Source: a virus (taxonomy: Duplodnaviria > Heunggongvirae > Uroviricota > Caudoviricetes). Taken from it: 6,008 nucleotides of DNA. Made by a program: the position numbers and the translations under genes. Below the pieces are notes generated by a model. That model was not told the DNA's origin, did no database searches, and saw only the letters and a list, made by a program, of their open reading frames with translations. Positions 5,825-6,008 of this stretch are shown in pieces (position 1 is the stretch's first letter; the number at the start of each line of letters is the position of its first letter). The stretch lies in IMG/VR virus record IMGVR_UViG_2778261570_000020; one strand, given 5' to 3'.

Positions 5825-5939
5825 TTACCCACCAGCAAGGCAAAATCTTCTGCTAAAAAATGACATATGGCCAGTCGTCCGGAAAGCATGAAATTTTACA
5901 AAAATGGAAAATGAAGATTTTTATTGTGCTGGTGGGTAA
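5825..5939. repeat. Perfect 13-bp inverted repeat (TTACCCACCAGCA at 5825-5837 / TGCTGGTGGGTAA at 5927-5939) enclosing an 89-bp spacer
   Basis: Exact reverse-complement arms read directly from the sequence; the spacer contains the second copy of the direct repeat. Confidence 0.7.
5840..5897. repeat. Copy 2 of the ~58-bp imperfect direct repeat (perfect 20-bp core at 5876-5895)
   Basis: See copy 1 at 723-780; the core CGTCCGGAAAGCATGAAATT is identical in both. Confidence 0.7.
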
Positions 5940-5970
5940 AAACAAAAAGCGCCCCGTTGCCGGAGCGCCC
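5938..5970 (-). terminator. Possible intrinsic terminator for a minus-strand transcript entering from beyond the right edge
   Basis: On the minus strand GGGCGCUCCGG-CAAC-GGGGCGC forms an imperfect GC-rich hairpin (about 8 bp including one G-U) followed by UUUUUGUUUUU (plus-strand AAAAACAAAAA at 5938-5948). Confidence 0.35.
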
Positions 5971-6008
5971 TTGCGAACAATTAACCTACTGCGCAAAAAA
6001 TGAATCTG

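Noticed and set aside
1-6008. CRISPR array, insertion sequence or a recognisable defence system (restriction-modification, toxin-antitoxin, abortive infection)
   Set aside because: No regularly spaced direct repeats, no transposase-like ORF and no ORF with nuclease, methyltransferase or NTPase motifs other than the terminase Walker A.

Overview
This window reads as a mosaic of two phage-derived modules, with every supported gene on the + strand. Left module (1-3523) looks like the late region of a lambdoid (cos-type) enterobacterial prophage: the 3' end of a probable M15-peptidase-type endolysin, three tiny translationally coupled membrane/lipoprotein ORFs, three small uncharacterised ORFs, a cos-like non-coding interval, a Nu1-like small terminase subunit, and a GpA-like large terminase subunit that stops at about half the expected length. 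Right module (3524-5779) is visibly more AT-rich and carries a P4-type tyrosine integrase, an AlpA-family regulator and a Bro-N domain protein. The terminase gene breaks off at about 3520, some 160 bp before the integrase start, so this is either an integrase-bearing island inserted into the prophage terL or a deletion scar in a cryptic prophage. I found no rRNA, tRNA, CRISPR array or IS element, and no ORF that I can assign to a known defence system. The most unusual sequence-level signals are a ~58-bp imperfect direct repeat with a perfect 20-bp core at 723-780 and 5840-5897, and a perfect 13-bp inverted repeat enclosing the second copy. All functional calls rest on motifs read by eye and need a homology search to confirm.
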